Position numbers and translations under genes: made by a program. A stretch of DNA of 64,000 nucleotides, from the NCBI GenBank assembly GCA_023261845.1, contig JALNJZ010000005.1, positions 39,237-103,236 of the forward strand, read 5' to 3'. The notes under the pieces are model-generated. The model saw only the letters and a program-made list of their open reading frames with translations. It did not search any database and had not been told where the DNA came from. Positions 1-9,689 of the stretch are shown here, in pieces (the first letter of the stretch is position 1; each line of letters starts with the position of its first letter). This DNA is from Candidatus Terraquivivens tengchongensis (GTDB lineage: Archaea; Thermoproteota; Nitrososphaeria_A; Caldarchaeales; Wolframiiraptoraceae).

Positions 1-947
1 TAGCCTGCCCTGGCCGTGAGCGGATTACCGGCATAAGTACCGCCATGGAATGACATCTCGTAATGCTTCCTTTTCCTCTGGTCTAATAACTCCATGATGT
101 CCTCTCTACCACCAAACCCACCAGCAGGGAATATACCACCACCGAGAATCTTTCCAAATGTCGTGATATCTGGCAATACGCCGTAGTACTCCTGCGCACC
201 ACCTCTGGCCAACCTAAAGCCCGTTATCACTTCATCGAATATCAAGAGGATGCCGAGCTCATCGCAAAGTTCTCTGAGCCCCTTCAAGAATTCCCTATCG
301 GCAGGTATCATACCGTTAGAGCCCATAACGGGTTCTAGGATTATACATGCAAGATCTTCACGTTTCACCCTCTGCCTCACACCTTCGAGGTCGTTGAAAG
401 GTAAAACTATCGTATCATTCATGACACCATCGGTCAAACCTAACGAAGCGGGCTTGTCTAACGGAGGGTTAACGGCCTTATGTAACGCATCGTAACCACC
501 ATGCCAATGTCCTTCGAACTTCGCTATCTTATTTTTCCCCGTGTATGCCCTAGCAAGCCTGATAGCATACATGTTGGCCTCGGTACCGCTATTTGTAGCC
601 CTGAACAACTTTACACTCGGGACTGCCTTCGTTACAATTTCTGCCAACTTTACTTCCCATTCATGGCAGAAACCAAGATGGGCACCCAACTCAAGTTGTT
701 CTCTTGCAGCCCTGATGACTGGTTCGTAAGCATGCCCCATTATAATTGCCGCATGTCCCATCCAGAAGTCCAAGTATTCATTCCCGTCAACATCCCATAT
801 CCTGCTACCTTTAGCCTTGGAGACGTAGATCGGATACGGTTCCCAGTACTTTATCGCATAAGTTACGCCTCCGGGTAAGAACTTTATAGCTTCATTATAA
901 AGAGCTCGCGACTTTTGCGTCCTAAGCTCGTAGAGCTCATGAATCAC
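1..947 (-). CDS. hemL: Glutamate-1-semialdehyde 2,1-aminomutase / class III aminotransferase (3' end outside window)
   Basis: Manual translation from GTG 947: MIHELYELRTQKSRALYNEAIKFLPGGVTY...WDVDGNEYLDFWMGH...LIFDEVITGFR...TFGKILGGG (PLP lysine motif). Absent from the ORF track because it is truncated. Confidence 0.8.
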   Translation of the reverse strand, partial: MIHELYELRTQKSRALYNEAIKFLPGGVTYAIKYWEPYPIYVSKAKGSRIWDVDGNEYLDFWMGHAAIIMGHAYEPVIRAAREQLELGAHLGFCHEWEVKLAEIVTKAVPSVKLFRATNSGTEANMYAIRLARAYTGKNKIAKFEGHWHGGYDALHKAVNPPLDKPASLGLTDGVMNDTIVLPFNDLEGVRQRVKREDLACIILEPVMGSNGMIPADREFLKGLRELCDELGILLIFDEVITGFRLARGGAQEYYGVLPDITTFGKILGGGIFPAGGFGGREDIMELLDQRKRKHYEMSFHGGTYAGNPLTARAG

Positions 948-965
948 AGTAGGACACTTCCTAGC

Positions 966-1916
966 TTACTCTGGAGGTCTAAAGGCTAAAAGCTTAACCT
1001 TTATCCTGATTAAGCTAACATCCCTGACTAAACTTACATCTACTTCGGCCCCAACCCTTTTTGACTCGATCATCTTCTTTAACATCTCGATAGAGTTCAC
1101 ACTTTTGTCGTCTATCGCAACTATTATATCACCTTCCCTTATACCAGCTAAGTAGGCTGGACTATTTGGTGCGACCCTATAGACCAGAACACCCTCATCA
1201 ACCGGAAAATTATAGTACGTTGATATCGTGGGGTTAAGGGACACACCCACTATGCCAAGCCACGGTCTTCTAACGTAACCCACTTCCATGATATCTTCGA
1301 CAACCCTCTTTGCAGTGTTTATTGGTATTGCAAACCCTATACCTTGGGCAAACGGTATTATGGCCGTTGTAATTGCTACAACTTCACCTGCTAAGTTTAC
1401 CAAGGGCCCACCGCTATTGCCCGGGTTTATAGCAGCATCCGTTTGAACAAGTCCTTCCATCAAGCCAAAGCGTGTTTGCATGTTTCTGTTTAGTGCACTG
1501 ATTACACCCATGGTTACTGTAGGACCGCCTGCCAAACCAAACGGATTCCCTATAGCTATCACGAATTGTCCAACTTTAAGCTTCGAAGAATCACCTAACT
1601 TAGCCGCTTGTAACCCTCTCCTATCAACTTTTATGACAGCAATGTCTGTCGCGATATCTTTGCCTATAACCTCACCGCTCAAAACCTCTCCGTTGTATAA
1701 CGTAACGTTTATTCTTTGAGCTGCCTCAACCACATGGGCATTAGTCATAATGTATCCGTTTGGATCAAATATTACCCCTGAACCTACACCGCTTATCGGT
1801 GCGATTTCAAAAGGAGAGACTTGGAGAAGGTGGATCGTGCTGACGTTTACCACAGAAACCATAACCTTTTCTATGACGGAAGTTATTGTATCTTCATCTA
1901 TTGAGACCATGTTCAT
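966..1916 (-). CDS. htrA: HtrA/DegP-family serine protease with one PDZ domain
   Basis: GSGVIF, TNAHVV, DIAVIK, QTDAAINPGNSGGPL and a C-terminal PDZ. Start probably ATG 1916 or 1910, since 2000 would overlap the divergent gene. Confidence 0.9.
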   Translation of the reverse strand: MNMVSIDEDTITSVIEKVMVSVVNVSTIHLLQVSPFEIAPISGVGSGVIFDPNGYIMTNAHVVEAAQRINVTLYNGEVLSGEVIGKDIATDIAVIKVDRRGLQAAKLGDSSKLKVGQFVIAIGNPFGLAGGPTVTMGVISALNRNMQTRFGLMEGLVQTDAAINPGNSGGPLVNLAGEVVAITTAIIPFAQGIGFAIPINTAKRVVEDIMEVGYVRRPWLGIVGVSLNPTISTYYNFPVDEGVLVYRVAPNSPAYLAGIREGDIIVAIDDKSVNSIEMLKKMIESKRVGAEVDVSLVRDVSLIRIKVKLLAFRPPE

Positions 1917-1977
1917 CAATTTCTTAACGTTAGTAATATCTTTATATTGTTTATCGTTAGGTGTTCTTGCATAGAAC

Positions 1978-2667
1978 ATGGGTATAAAGGCTCCTGCCAT
2001 TAGGTTCGATAACGTCTGGAAGATTTACCGCATGGGGAACATTGAGTTTCCAGCATTGCGGGGCATCACGCTGTCTATTGAAAGCGGTGAGTTTGTTGCA
2101 GTTGTTGGGCCAAGCGGTAGCGGTAAATCTACACTACTTCATATAGCTGGTGCGTTAGATAGACCAACAAAAGGTAAGGTTTTCATAGATGGTGTAGATA
2201 TCTCCGTATTGAATGATACTGAGCTAAGCGAGCTAAGGAACAGAACGATCGGGTTTGTATTCCAAGCATATAACCTGATTCCCAGACTAACTGCCAAACA
2301 AAACGTAGAACTTCCATTGATGTTAAGAGGCGTCCCTCCAAACGAAAGAGAGAAGCTAGTAATCAAAGCACTCGAGTTGGTTGGATTAGCATCAAAGCTT
2401 AACAATAAGCCTACAGAGCTAAGCGGAGGTGAGCAACAACGTGTGGCTATAGCTAGAGCCATAATAACCAATCCGAAGATCCTATTATGCGATGAGCCTA
2501 CTGGTAATCTAGACTCGAAGTCCGCGGAGGGAGTTATGAACGTTATAAAAGATATAAATAGAAGATATGGATCTACGGTCGTTGTGGTAACACATAACGT
2601 GGAGATAGCTGAGTCAGCCGAGCGGATAATCAGATTAAAGGACGGGATGGTTTATGATAAGGCATAG
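1978..2667 (+). CDS. ABC transporter ATP-binding protein (LolD/MacB/SalX type)
   Basis: GPSGSGKST, LSGGEQQRVAIARA, DEPTGNLD, VTH. Confidence 0.93.
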   Translation: MGIKAPAIRFDNVWKIYRMGNIEFPALRGITLSIESGEFVAVVGPSGSGKSTLLHIAGALDRPTKGKVFIDGVDISVLNDTELSELRNRTIGFVFQAYNLIPRLTAKQNVELPLMLRGVPPNEREKLVIKALELVGLASKLNNKPTELSGGEQQRVAIARAIITNPKILLCDEPTGNLDSKSAEGVMNVIKDINRRYGSTVVVVTHNVEIAESAERIIRLKDGMVYDKA

Positions 2668-4672
2668 AATCCTTTTAATGGTATTCTCAATAATGTTTGT
2701 ACTCACGATTATAAGTTTAGCGAGTGTGCATTCGAAGAACATAATAGCTGTAGAAGCATTCTGGGGTGATGTAAGCAATAGGATCGAAGTTGATGCGGGC
2801 GACAAGAACGTACCGCTGATTTTACAGATGGTTAATGCAAGGAAGGAGCAGATCATAGGCGTAAGGGGCTATCTCGTTCTTCCTGAAGGGTTTGAAGATT
2901 CGTTAACGAAGTCCAGATACACCCGCGAAGCTGCCTATGCCGACCCTGTACCGAGTGGACGGTCTTTTATGCTCCGCTACCTTCTTGACATTTCTGAAAA
3001 TTTAAAACCAGGCCTCTACAAAGCATATGCAATCATATACTATAACTATTATGATGAGAGTGAGAAAGACCTGGTTAGCTCCTCATCGTATGTTTACTTT
3101 GACATAAGAGTTACTGGAAAGAGCCTAGCTTTGCTCAAGACAGAACACAGTACCTTAACGCCGGGCATGCTGAACGAAGCCAAGATCATAATCTCCAACA
3201 ACGGTACTGCGGATATGTACAACGTAATGATCTCGTTAGGAGACCCTGACATAACTGGTGTGACAATAATTAATACAAAGCGCTCTTGGCAATTTAGTAG
3301 AATCCCGCCCAATACCGATATTGTGCTACCCATATCTTTACAGGTAGAAAATTATGCTGTAAACAAAGCCTTACGCATACCGATAGACATCACATACTTA
3401 GATTCTTATGGGCAACAAAAGAGGCTCCAGCAAAATGCCATGTTCCGCATAGGCACACAAATAAGTGAGAGGATAAGAATCGAGGCGACGCTCGACAACG
3501 ACCTACTATCACCTACAACAGTAAACCAGTTAAAAATAACACTTCGGAACGAAGGGTTAGAACCTGCATACTCTGTAGAAGTTGAACTAACACCTCCGCA
3601 GAGCGTGCCGGCATTTCTCACATTTGTTGGAAAATCAGGCAGGTGGAGCCTAAATGAGCTGAAGGCCGGGGAAGAATGTCAGCTAGATTTTGAGCTATTC
3701 GCTAGTCAGCTGGCTTCTGGTAAGTCTTTCCTGCTTTCGTTGAAACTATCATACCGCGATATTCACAATAATTCATACGAGGTGGTCAGGACAATAGGTG
3801 TAAGAGTTGCAGATCAGCCGCTTTCTAAGGCATTCAAGATCACGTCAGGAGCTTACTTGACTTCTGGTTCCATAAACAACTTAGAAATACTCGTGAAGAA
3901 CTTGAAACCATACACGCTAAAGGATGTATCAATAACGTTGGAGCCTACAGCCGGTTGGTTAACTTTGTTGGAAGGTGCTAGAGAATATTTCAAAGAGATA
4001 CGTCCAGACGAGGAAGTTGTGCTGAACGTCTTAGCCTTTGTTTCAGAACAGACCTTTGAAAAACTATCCACTGTCGGATACTCGACATATATAAACGTGA
4101 ACGTTGAATACATAGATTGGCAAGGCGTAACAAAAACAGAGAATTATAGGCTGGGATACTATGTTAAGGGCATAATAGACTTAAAACTCCAAGACCTCAA
4201 CTTTGAGGTCATAAATAAGCAACCATACCTCGTTGGAAGGTTGTTGAATGAAGGGAATGAGCCTGCATTCTTTACGAGGGTTCTGTTGGTTGATTCTAAC
4301 GACGTTATACGTCCAGTTAAATCCGTTTATCTCGGAGATGTGAACCCCAACGCTCCGCTGAGGTTTAATCTTCCGATAGCTGTCGTAGGGAATCTCACAC
4401 CCGGTGTTATACCAGTAGAGATCTTAGTTGAGTACAAAGATACGCTAAGGAATAACTTCTCAAAGACGTTTGTGCATGATATAATAATTACAAGCAGCTG
4501 GCCTCAGTCCCAAGAAAAAACGAGTACCGGTCTGCCCGATATGATTGCTAGGTATACGGCTGCTGTATTAGTCGGTGTAGCCGTTGTTGCTTCTGTCGTA
4601 GCAGTAATTAGAATAAGGGGGAGAAGGAGACGAGGGCCGTCGATACAGTCTGGTATGCCTTCGGCGGCTTAA
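2654..4672 (+). CDS. Secreted S-layer-domain/Ig-like repeat protein (COG1361-like) with C-terminal TM helix and basic tail
   Basis: N-terminal signal peptide, repeated beta-rich modules (NxG...), C-terminal hydrophobic helix followed by RIRGRRR; lies between the ABC ATPase and permease. Confidence 0.7.
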   Translation: MIRHRILLMVFSIMFVLTIISLASVHSKNIIAVEAFWGDVSNRIEVDAGDKNVPLILQMVNARKEQIIGVRGYLVLPEGFEDSLTKSRYTREAAYADPVPSGRSFMLRYLLDISENLKPGLYKAYAIIYYNYYDESEKDLVSSSSYVYFDIRVTGKSLALLKTEHSTLTPGMLNEAKIIISNNGTADMYNVMISLGDPDITGVTIINTKRSWQFSRIPPNTDIVLPISLQVENYAVNKALRIPIDITYLDSYGQQKRLQQNAMFRIGTQISERIRIEATLDNDLLSPTTVNQLKITLRNEGLEPAYSVEVELTPPQSVPAFLTFVGKSGRWSLNELKAGEECQLDFELFASQLASGKSFLLSLKLSYRDIHNNSYEVVRTIGVRVADQPLSKAFKITSGAYLTSGSINNLEILVKNLKPYTLKDVSITLEPTAGWLTLLEGAREYFKEIRPDEEVVLNVLAFVSEQTFEKLSTVGYSTYINVNVEYIDWQGVTKTENYRLGYYVKGIIDLKLQDLNFEVINKQPYLVGRLLNEGNEPAFFTRVLLVDSNDVIRPVKSVYLGDVNPNAPLRFNLPIAVVGNLTPGVIPVEILVEYKDTLRNNFSKTFVHDIIITSSWPQSQEKTSTGLPDMIARYTAAVLVGVAVVASVVAVIRIRGRRRRGPSIQSGMPSAA

Positions 4673-5862
4673 GGACACGTAAAGTAAGGACGGTTCTAAC
4701 AATCGTGGGCATAATGATAGGGACTGCACTAATAATATCTCTCATATCTAATACTGAAGGCCTAAACGTCTTGATAGATAACGCCCTCTCGAAGATAGGT
4801 GTCAACAACATATTTGTAACACCTTCTGGAACAGTGTCCGCCCGAGCTGGTCCAAGTGAGACCCTAAAACTGACAGATGCTGACGTCATGCTACTTGCAA
4901 ACTTGCCAGAGGTAAAGGCCGTCAGTCCATTCTACCTCTCTCGAGGTAAGCTCATAGGTGGTGGCTTCGAGCAAACTGTTTCCATAATAGGCCTGGACCC
5001 GACTTTGACCTATCAAGTGCTACCCGACCTAGAAATTTACCAAGGCGAGGACCTCTCACCGAACGACATGGCGATGATAGCCATAGGTTATGACGTTGCG
5101 TTCCCGTCTGGAGAGCCTGGAAAGAGTATACCACTCTACAGCTCTGTAACGCTGGAGCTTATGGTTGATGGGCAACGTGTCACAAGGTCTTACATCGTCG
5201 GAGCAATATACAAGAAATTTGGTTCGACACCATACCTTGACGTTGACAAAAGCGTCATGATAACAATACCGCAGGCATGCAGCATTTTCAAATCCACGAG
5301 TTACCCAAGCACAGTTGTGATTGCTGAATCTACAGATGCCGTTGACTCAATAATTGAGGCTATAAACAACATATATGGAAAAGATGCAGACATTATTAGC
5401 CCTTTGACGATAATAAAGCAGGTTAAGATAATACTCAACAACTTCACGATTTTCCTCTTAGTGGTGTCCAGCATAGCGTTGGTTGTCGCCGGCGTAGGCA
5501 TAATGAACACGATGTTCATGACAATCATGGAGAGGACGAGGGAAATAGGTGTCCTCAGGGCCTTGGGCTTTTCTCAAAGAGATGTTGCAAAGATTTTCTT
5601 AACAGAGTCGACATTGATAGGCATCATAGGAGGTCTGCTTGGCATAGTTTTAGGAAGCTTGTTGGCCATGTCGCTCGGAGGGGTGTTTTCGTCTTTCCTA
5701 ATTGGAGTAAGTGGCAATCCGGTGATATACCAGCCAAACGTAACACCGACTGTGTTAGTTAATAGCTTTTTATTCGCCGTCGTCGTTGGTCTCCTTTCCG
5801 GCATATATCCGGCTTTAAGAGCCGCAAGGTTAGACCCTGTCCAAGCACTCAGGGCCGAATAG
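4630..5862 (+). CDS. ABC transporter permease (MacB/FtsX family); probable ACG start at 4630 (track start GTG 4705)
   Basis: GIMNTMFMTIMERTREIGVLRALG and C-terminal YPALRAARLDPVQALR. The family-typical N-terminus (AFGGLRTRKVRTVLTIVGI) lies upstream of 4705 in the same frame. Confidence 0.85.
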   Translation, partial: TRAVDTVWYAFGGLRTRKVRTVLTIVGIMIGTALIISLISNTEGLNVLIDNALSKIGVNNIFVTPSGTVSARAGPSETLKLTDADVMLLANLPEVKAVSPFYLSRGKLIGGGFEQTVSIIGLDPTLTYQVLPDLEIYQGEDLSPNDMAMIAIGYDVAFPSGEPGKSIPLYSSVTLELMVDGQRVTRSYIVGAIYKKFGSTPYLDVDKSVMITIPQACSIFKSTSYPSTVVIAESTDAVDSIIEAINNIYGKDADIISPLTIIKQVKIILNNFTIFLLVVSSIALVVAGVGIMNTMFMTIMERTREIGVLRALGFSQRDVAKIFLTESTLIGIIGGLLGIVLGSLLAMSLGGVFSSFLIGVSGNPVIYQPNVTPTVLVNSFLFAVVVGLLSGIYPALRAARLDPVQALRAE

Positions 5863-5922
5863 AGCTCCGGACGGAGTTATGCATATAAGTTGATGTAAAA
5901 CAGATAGTTTGGAGCGGAAATA

Positions 5923-6684
5923 ATGTACACGTTGTTCATAACGGGAACGGCAGGGTCGGGTAAATCAACATTGACCGGGTCATTTAATGAGTGGCTTCGT
6001 GACCAAGAGCAGTCAACCGTAACTGTTAATCTTGATCCTGCAGCGACTATTCTGCCTTATGAGCCCGACGTAGACGTAAGAGAAATTGTCGATTACGAAA
6101 GGATAATGGTAACACGTAGACTTGGACCAAATGCGGCTTTAATAGCATCCGTAAGGGAGGTTGCTAGACACATAGAGGAACTAAGAGAAGAAGTTAGTTC
6201 CTTCAACGTTGACTATGTGCTTGTCGATACGCCAGGCCAGCTTGAACTCTTCGCATTCAGAAAAGAAGGTAAAATAATCGCCAAAAACCTTACTGACGGC
6301 TCTAAGGCGATGCTATTCCTTTTGGACCCAATGTTCTGCGTCAACCCGAAAAACTTTGCCGCAAGCATATTCCTCTCGGTCTCAATATACCTAAGCTTCG
6401 GCATACCCCTCATTATGGCATTATCAAAAATTGACGCGGTACCGAAGAAGTACATAAACAGGATACTCAGATGGGCTGAGTCGGATGAGGCGTTTCTAAT
6501 AGACCTAGAGAATAGGCTTAAAGGAGCCCAGATGATGCTCGCGAGAGATGTTGCAAGGGCCGTGTTCGACGTGAGCAGCTTCGTACCCATAATACCTGTA
6601 TCTGCGCTTAATATGAGTGGTCTCGTCGAGCTTCATGGCGCTCTTACGAGGATATTCAGCGAAGGCGAGCTGGAGCTTAGGTAG
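5923..6684 (+). CDS. GPN-loop GTPase
   Basis: GTAGSGKST, NLDPA, LGPN, DTPGQLE. Confidence 0.9.
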   Translation: MYTLFITGTAGSGKSTLTGSFNEWLRDQEQSTVTVNLDPAATILPYEPDVDVREIVDYERIMVTRRLGPNAALIASVREVARHIEELREEVSSFNVDYVLVDTPGQLELFAFRKEGKIIAKNLTDGSKAMLFLLDPMFCVNPKNFAASIFLSVSIYLSFGIPLIMALSKIDAVPKKYINRILRWAESDEAFLIDLENRLKGAQMMLARDVARAVFDVSSFVPIIPVSALNMSGLVELHGALTRIFSEGELELR

Positions 6685-6791
6685 AAGATGTTTTTGTGTC
6701 CATCAAGTCGCAACGACCGTTTTAAAACGTTTACATAAACATCAAAACTAGAGGCTTATATAATCCTAAAACTTTCAGAGAGGAGAGAACG

Positions 6792-7631
6792 ATGACGTAC
6801 GAAAACACAGAAGTTGAGCAGCTTAGGGAAAAGCTCAAGGAGTTAAATAGTGTAATAAAGCAAATCGAAGTCGAGCTTGACGAAGTATCAAAAGAGTTGG
6901 GCTCTATTCGCGAGCAGAAAAAAGAGGCAAGGCAGAAATTTCAAGAAAAGTTAAACGAAAAGAAGAAGCTTTTAGAAGATTACAAAAAACTGAAGTCAGA
7001 CTTAAATGCATGCTACGCCTCAAGAAAAGATCTTATTAAACAGCTAAAGATCATCGAAAATGACACGCGATATCCAAAGGGCGATATTAGCATAAATGAA
7101 ATAAAGGATAGAATCAAGAACATAGAATGGACAATACATACTTCGATACTAAAACCTAGCGAAGAAAGGAAACTTTTCCTTGAATCCAAAAGGTTAGAGG
7201 AGGCCGTGGTACTGATTGAAAAACGGGAAGGCCTTATCGCAAACATCAATGCTCAAAACGATAAAATTAAGTCGATAAGGGATGAGTTGAATGTAATCAA
7301 AAGCATGTTGAAAGACATTAACGAGGGAATTAGTAAAATAAAGGAGGAATACGATAATTTAAAGAAAAAGTATGAGGAGAGACGCAAAGATTACATGCAA
7401 ATAAAGGAGAGGCTTAGCAGGGCGGAGGCTGAACGGATATTACTTCAATCTAAATTGACGGTATTGATGGAGCAGATCAAGGCGGTTATGGATGACGCGG
7501 CAAAACGGAAAGAGGAGGAGTTTAAAAAGCGCGTCATTGCCGAGGCTAAGCAGAAGCTGTTAAGTGGTAAAAGAGTAACTTTCCAAGAATTAAAACTTCT
7601 GCTCGAGAATGATGAGGAGTTTAAACTTTAG
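6792..7631 (+). CDS. Archaeal coiled-coil protein (COG1340-like)
   Basis: E/K-rich heptads, central IEWTIHT, C-terminal GKRVTFQELKLLL; next to DUF373 and uppS. Confidence 0.65.
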   Translation: MTYENTEVEQLREKLKELNSVIKQIEVELDEVSKELGSIREQKKEARQKFQEKLNEKKKLLEDYKKLKSDLNACYASRKDLIKQLKIIENDTRYPKGDISINEIKDRIKNIEWTIHTSILKPSEERKLFLESKRLEEAVVLIEKREGLIANINAQNDKIKSIRDELNVIKSMLKDINEGISKIKEEYDNLKKKYEERRKDYMQIKERLSRAEAERILLQSKLTVLMEQIKAVMDDAAKRKEEEFKKRVIAEAKQKLLSGKRVTFQELKLLLENDEEFKL

Positions 7632-7718
7632 AACATGAAGGACGGACATCTTCTGATATTTTTAGAATGATTAACGTTATATTAGACTAATTAGAGAGAT
7701 TTGTAACGGAAAAATAGC

Positions 7719-8900
7719 ATGGAAAATTTGGAAAAAAGACAAGAGAAGCTCCTCATCCTAGTGGTTGATAGAGATAACGATATTGGTAAAAAAACAGGTA
7801 TAAAAACGCCTATCATAGGAAAAGAGAACAATCTGGAGGCGGCGAAGAGCCTTGCCTTGGCAGACCCCGAAGAATCGGATGCAAACGCTATGTTTGGTGC
7901 CCTTAAACTATACGAGGAGTTAGTTAGCAAGTATGGAAAAGAGAATGTCGAGGTTGCAACCATAGCCGGTAGTGAGGAAAGTGGCTACTGGTCTGACGAA
8001 AAGATAAGGCGCGAGTTAGATGAGGTTTTAAAAACATTTCCATCATCCGCCTGCATCTTCGTTAGTGATGGCATCACTGACCAATTCGTATCCCCGATAA
8101 TTTCATCAAAATTACCCATAGTTTCTGTTAAGAGAGTTGTAGTTAAACAAAGCGAGAGTGTCGAACACACGTGGCTCTTACTCGGAAAATATATAAAGAT
8201 GGCGATATTTGATACCAGATATTCTAAAATTTTTCTTGGAATACCGGGATTGTTGCTAACCTTCATAGGTATTCTTTATACTCTTGGTTTGATGAACATA
8301 CCAATACTTTTGCTGATCATAGGCATAGCATTATTCATCAAAGGTTTTGGAATTGACAACTCAATAGCAACGAGATTCAGAATGTTGTCGAAGTTTATAT
8401 CCTCGCACCCATTGGTACAGCTGAGAACCTTTAGCATAATTTCATCGTTGATTATTCTATTCATAGGCATTTATTCGGGTTACATTAGCGCGTCGTCAAC
8501 ACTACCAAAAAATGTACAATTGCCATCAATCTCTGAAGACTTTTATTATTGGTTAGGAATGTTACCCATGCTTACGGGTCAGTTCATACTTGGGGGCATA
8601 GATCTAATTTTTGTAAGCTTGTTACTCGTGGTGCTTACATACAGCATCTATTACATAATCTTGAAGAACATTAAATTCTGGAGAACTGTGCAAGCTACCG
8701 TTACGTTGATATGGTTATGGGCACTCTTGAAGAGAGTTGGGATGGTGCTTTCGGATACATCTTCCGCCACAGTGTTTGGTCCTCATGTGGTAATGCTACT
8801 CACGATAGGGCTTTTAGGCATACCGGCCCTAACGATAACTTTCATAGTTACAAGATACATGAGAAAAGCATACGCCTCATACTTTAAGAAAACAAAGTGA
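7719..8900 (+). CDS. DUF373-family membrane protein
   Basis: VDRDNDIG, LADPEESDAN, VSDG, VVVKQSES plus several C-terminal TM helices. Confidence 0.8.
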   Translation: MENLEKRQEKLLILVVDRDNDIGKKTGIKTPIIGKENNLEAAKSLALADPEESDANAMFGALKLYEELVSKYGKENVEVATIAGSEESGYWSDEKIRRELDEVLKTFPSSACIFVSDGITDQFVSPIISSKLPIVSVKRVVVKQSESVEHTWLLLGKYIKMAIFDTRYSKIFLGIPGLLLTFIGILYTLGLMNIPILLLIIGIALFIKGFGIDNSIATRFRMLSKFISSHPLVQLRTFSIISSLIILFIGIYSGYISASSTLPKNVQLPSISEDFYYWLGMLPMLTGQFILGGIDLIFVSLLLVVLTYSIYYIILKNIKFWRTVQATVTLIWLWALLKRVGMVLSDTSSATVFGPHVVMLLTIGLLGIPALTITFIVTRYMRKAYASYFKKTK

Positions 8901-8906
8901 GAGCAT

Positions 8907-9689
8907 ATGTTTCAGAAATTGCTGAAGCTATTTGGCGCATACCGGTTATATGAAGCTTGGTTGATAAATAGTGTTAAAAACGGCCCCATGCCAAAGCACG
9001 TAGCGTTAATATTGGACGGAAATAGGCGCTGGGCTAAGAATAAAGGGTTCGACCACACTTTTGGGCATAAAATTGGAGCAGACGTTGCAGAGAAAGTTCT
9101 TGAGTGGTGCATTGAGCTAAAAATTCAGACCGTAACGCTTTACGTTCTTTCTACGGAAAATCTGAAAAGAGATCAGGAAGAACTGTCAGAAATATTCAGG
9201 CTAATAAAGGAACGTGCTGAGAGGTTTGTAAATGACCCGAGGATACATAACAATCGTGTAAAGGTCACGATAATCGGTAGAAGAGAGCTAATACCCGACG
9301 ACGTCAGGGGAGCGCTCGAAAAGTTAGAGAGCGTAACTAAAGATTACAACAATTATTTTCTGAATATAGCGGTGGCTTATGGTGGAAGGGCAGAAATAGT
9401 TGATGCTACAAAGAAGATAGCCATTATGGTAAAGGAAGGAAAGCTTTCTGTTAACGACATAGATGAAAAAGTTATCGAGTCAAATTTGTACACGTCCGGC
9501 ATACCAAACTCTGATCCCGATTTGATAATTAGGACATCTGGTGAGGAGAGGATAAGTAACTTTCTTTTGTGGCAATCTGCATACAGCGAGCTCGTTTTTT
9601 TGGATATATTCTGGCCAGAATTCAGGAAGATAGATTTGTTACGAACGATCAGAACGTATCAGCAACGTAATCGTAGATTCGGAGTTTAA
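8907..9689 (+). CDS. uppS: cis-prenyltransferase (undecaprenyl/dolichyl diphosphate synthase)
   Basis: HVALILDGNRRWA, STEN, YGGRAEI, DLIIRTSGEERISNFLLWQ. Confidence 0.95.
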   Translation: MFQKLLKLFGAYRLYEAWLINSVKNGPMPKHVALILDGNRRWAKNKGFDHTFGHKIGADVAEKVLEWCIELKIQTVTLYVLSTENLKRDQEELSEIFRLIKERAERFVNDPRIHNNRVKVTIIGRRELIPDDVRGALEKLESVTKDYNNYFLNIAVAYGGRAEIVDATKKIAIMVKEGKLSVNDIDEKVIESNLYTSGIPNSDPDLIIRTSGEERISNFLLWQSAYSELVFLDIFWPEFRKIDLLRTIRTYQQRNRRFGV

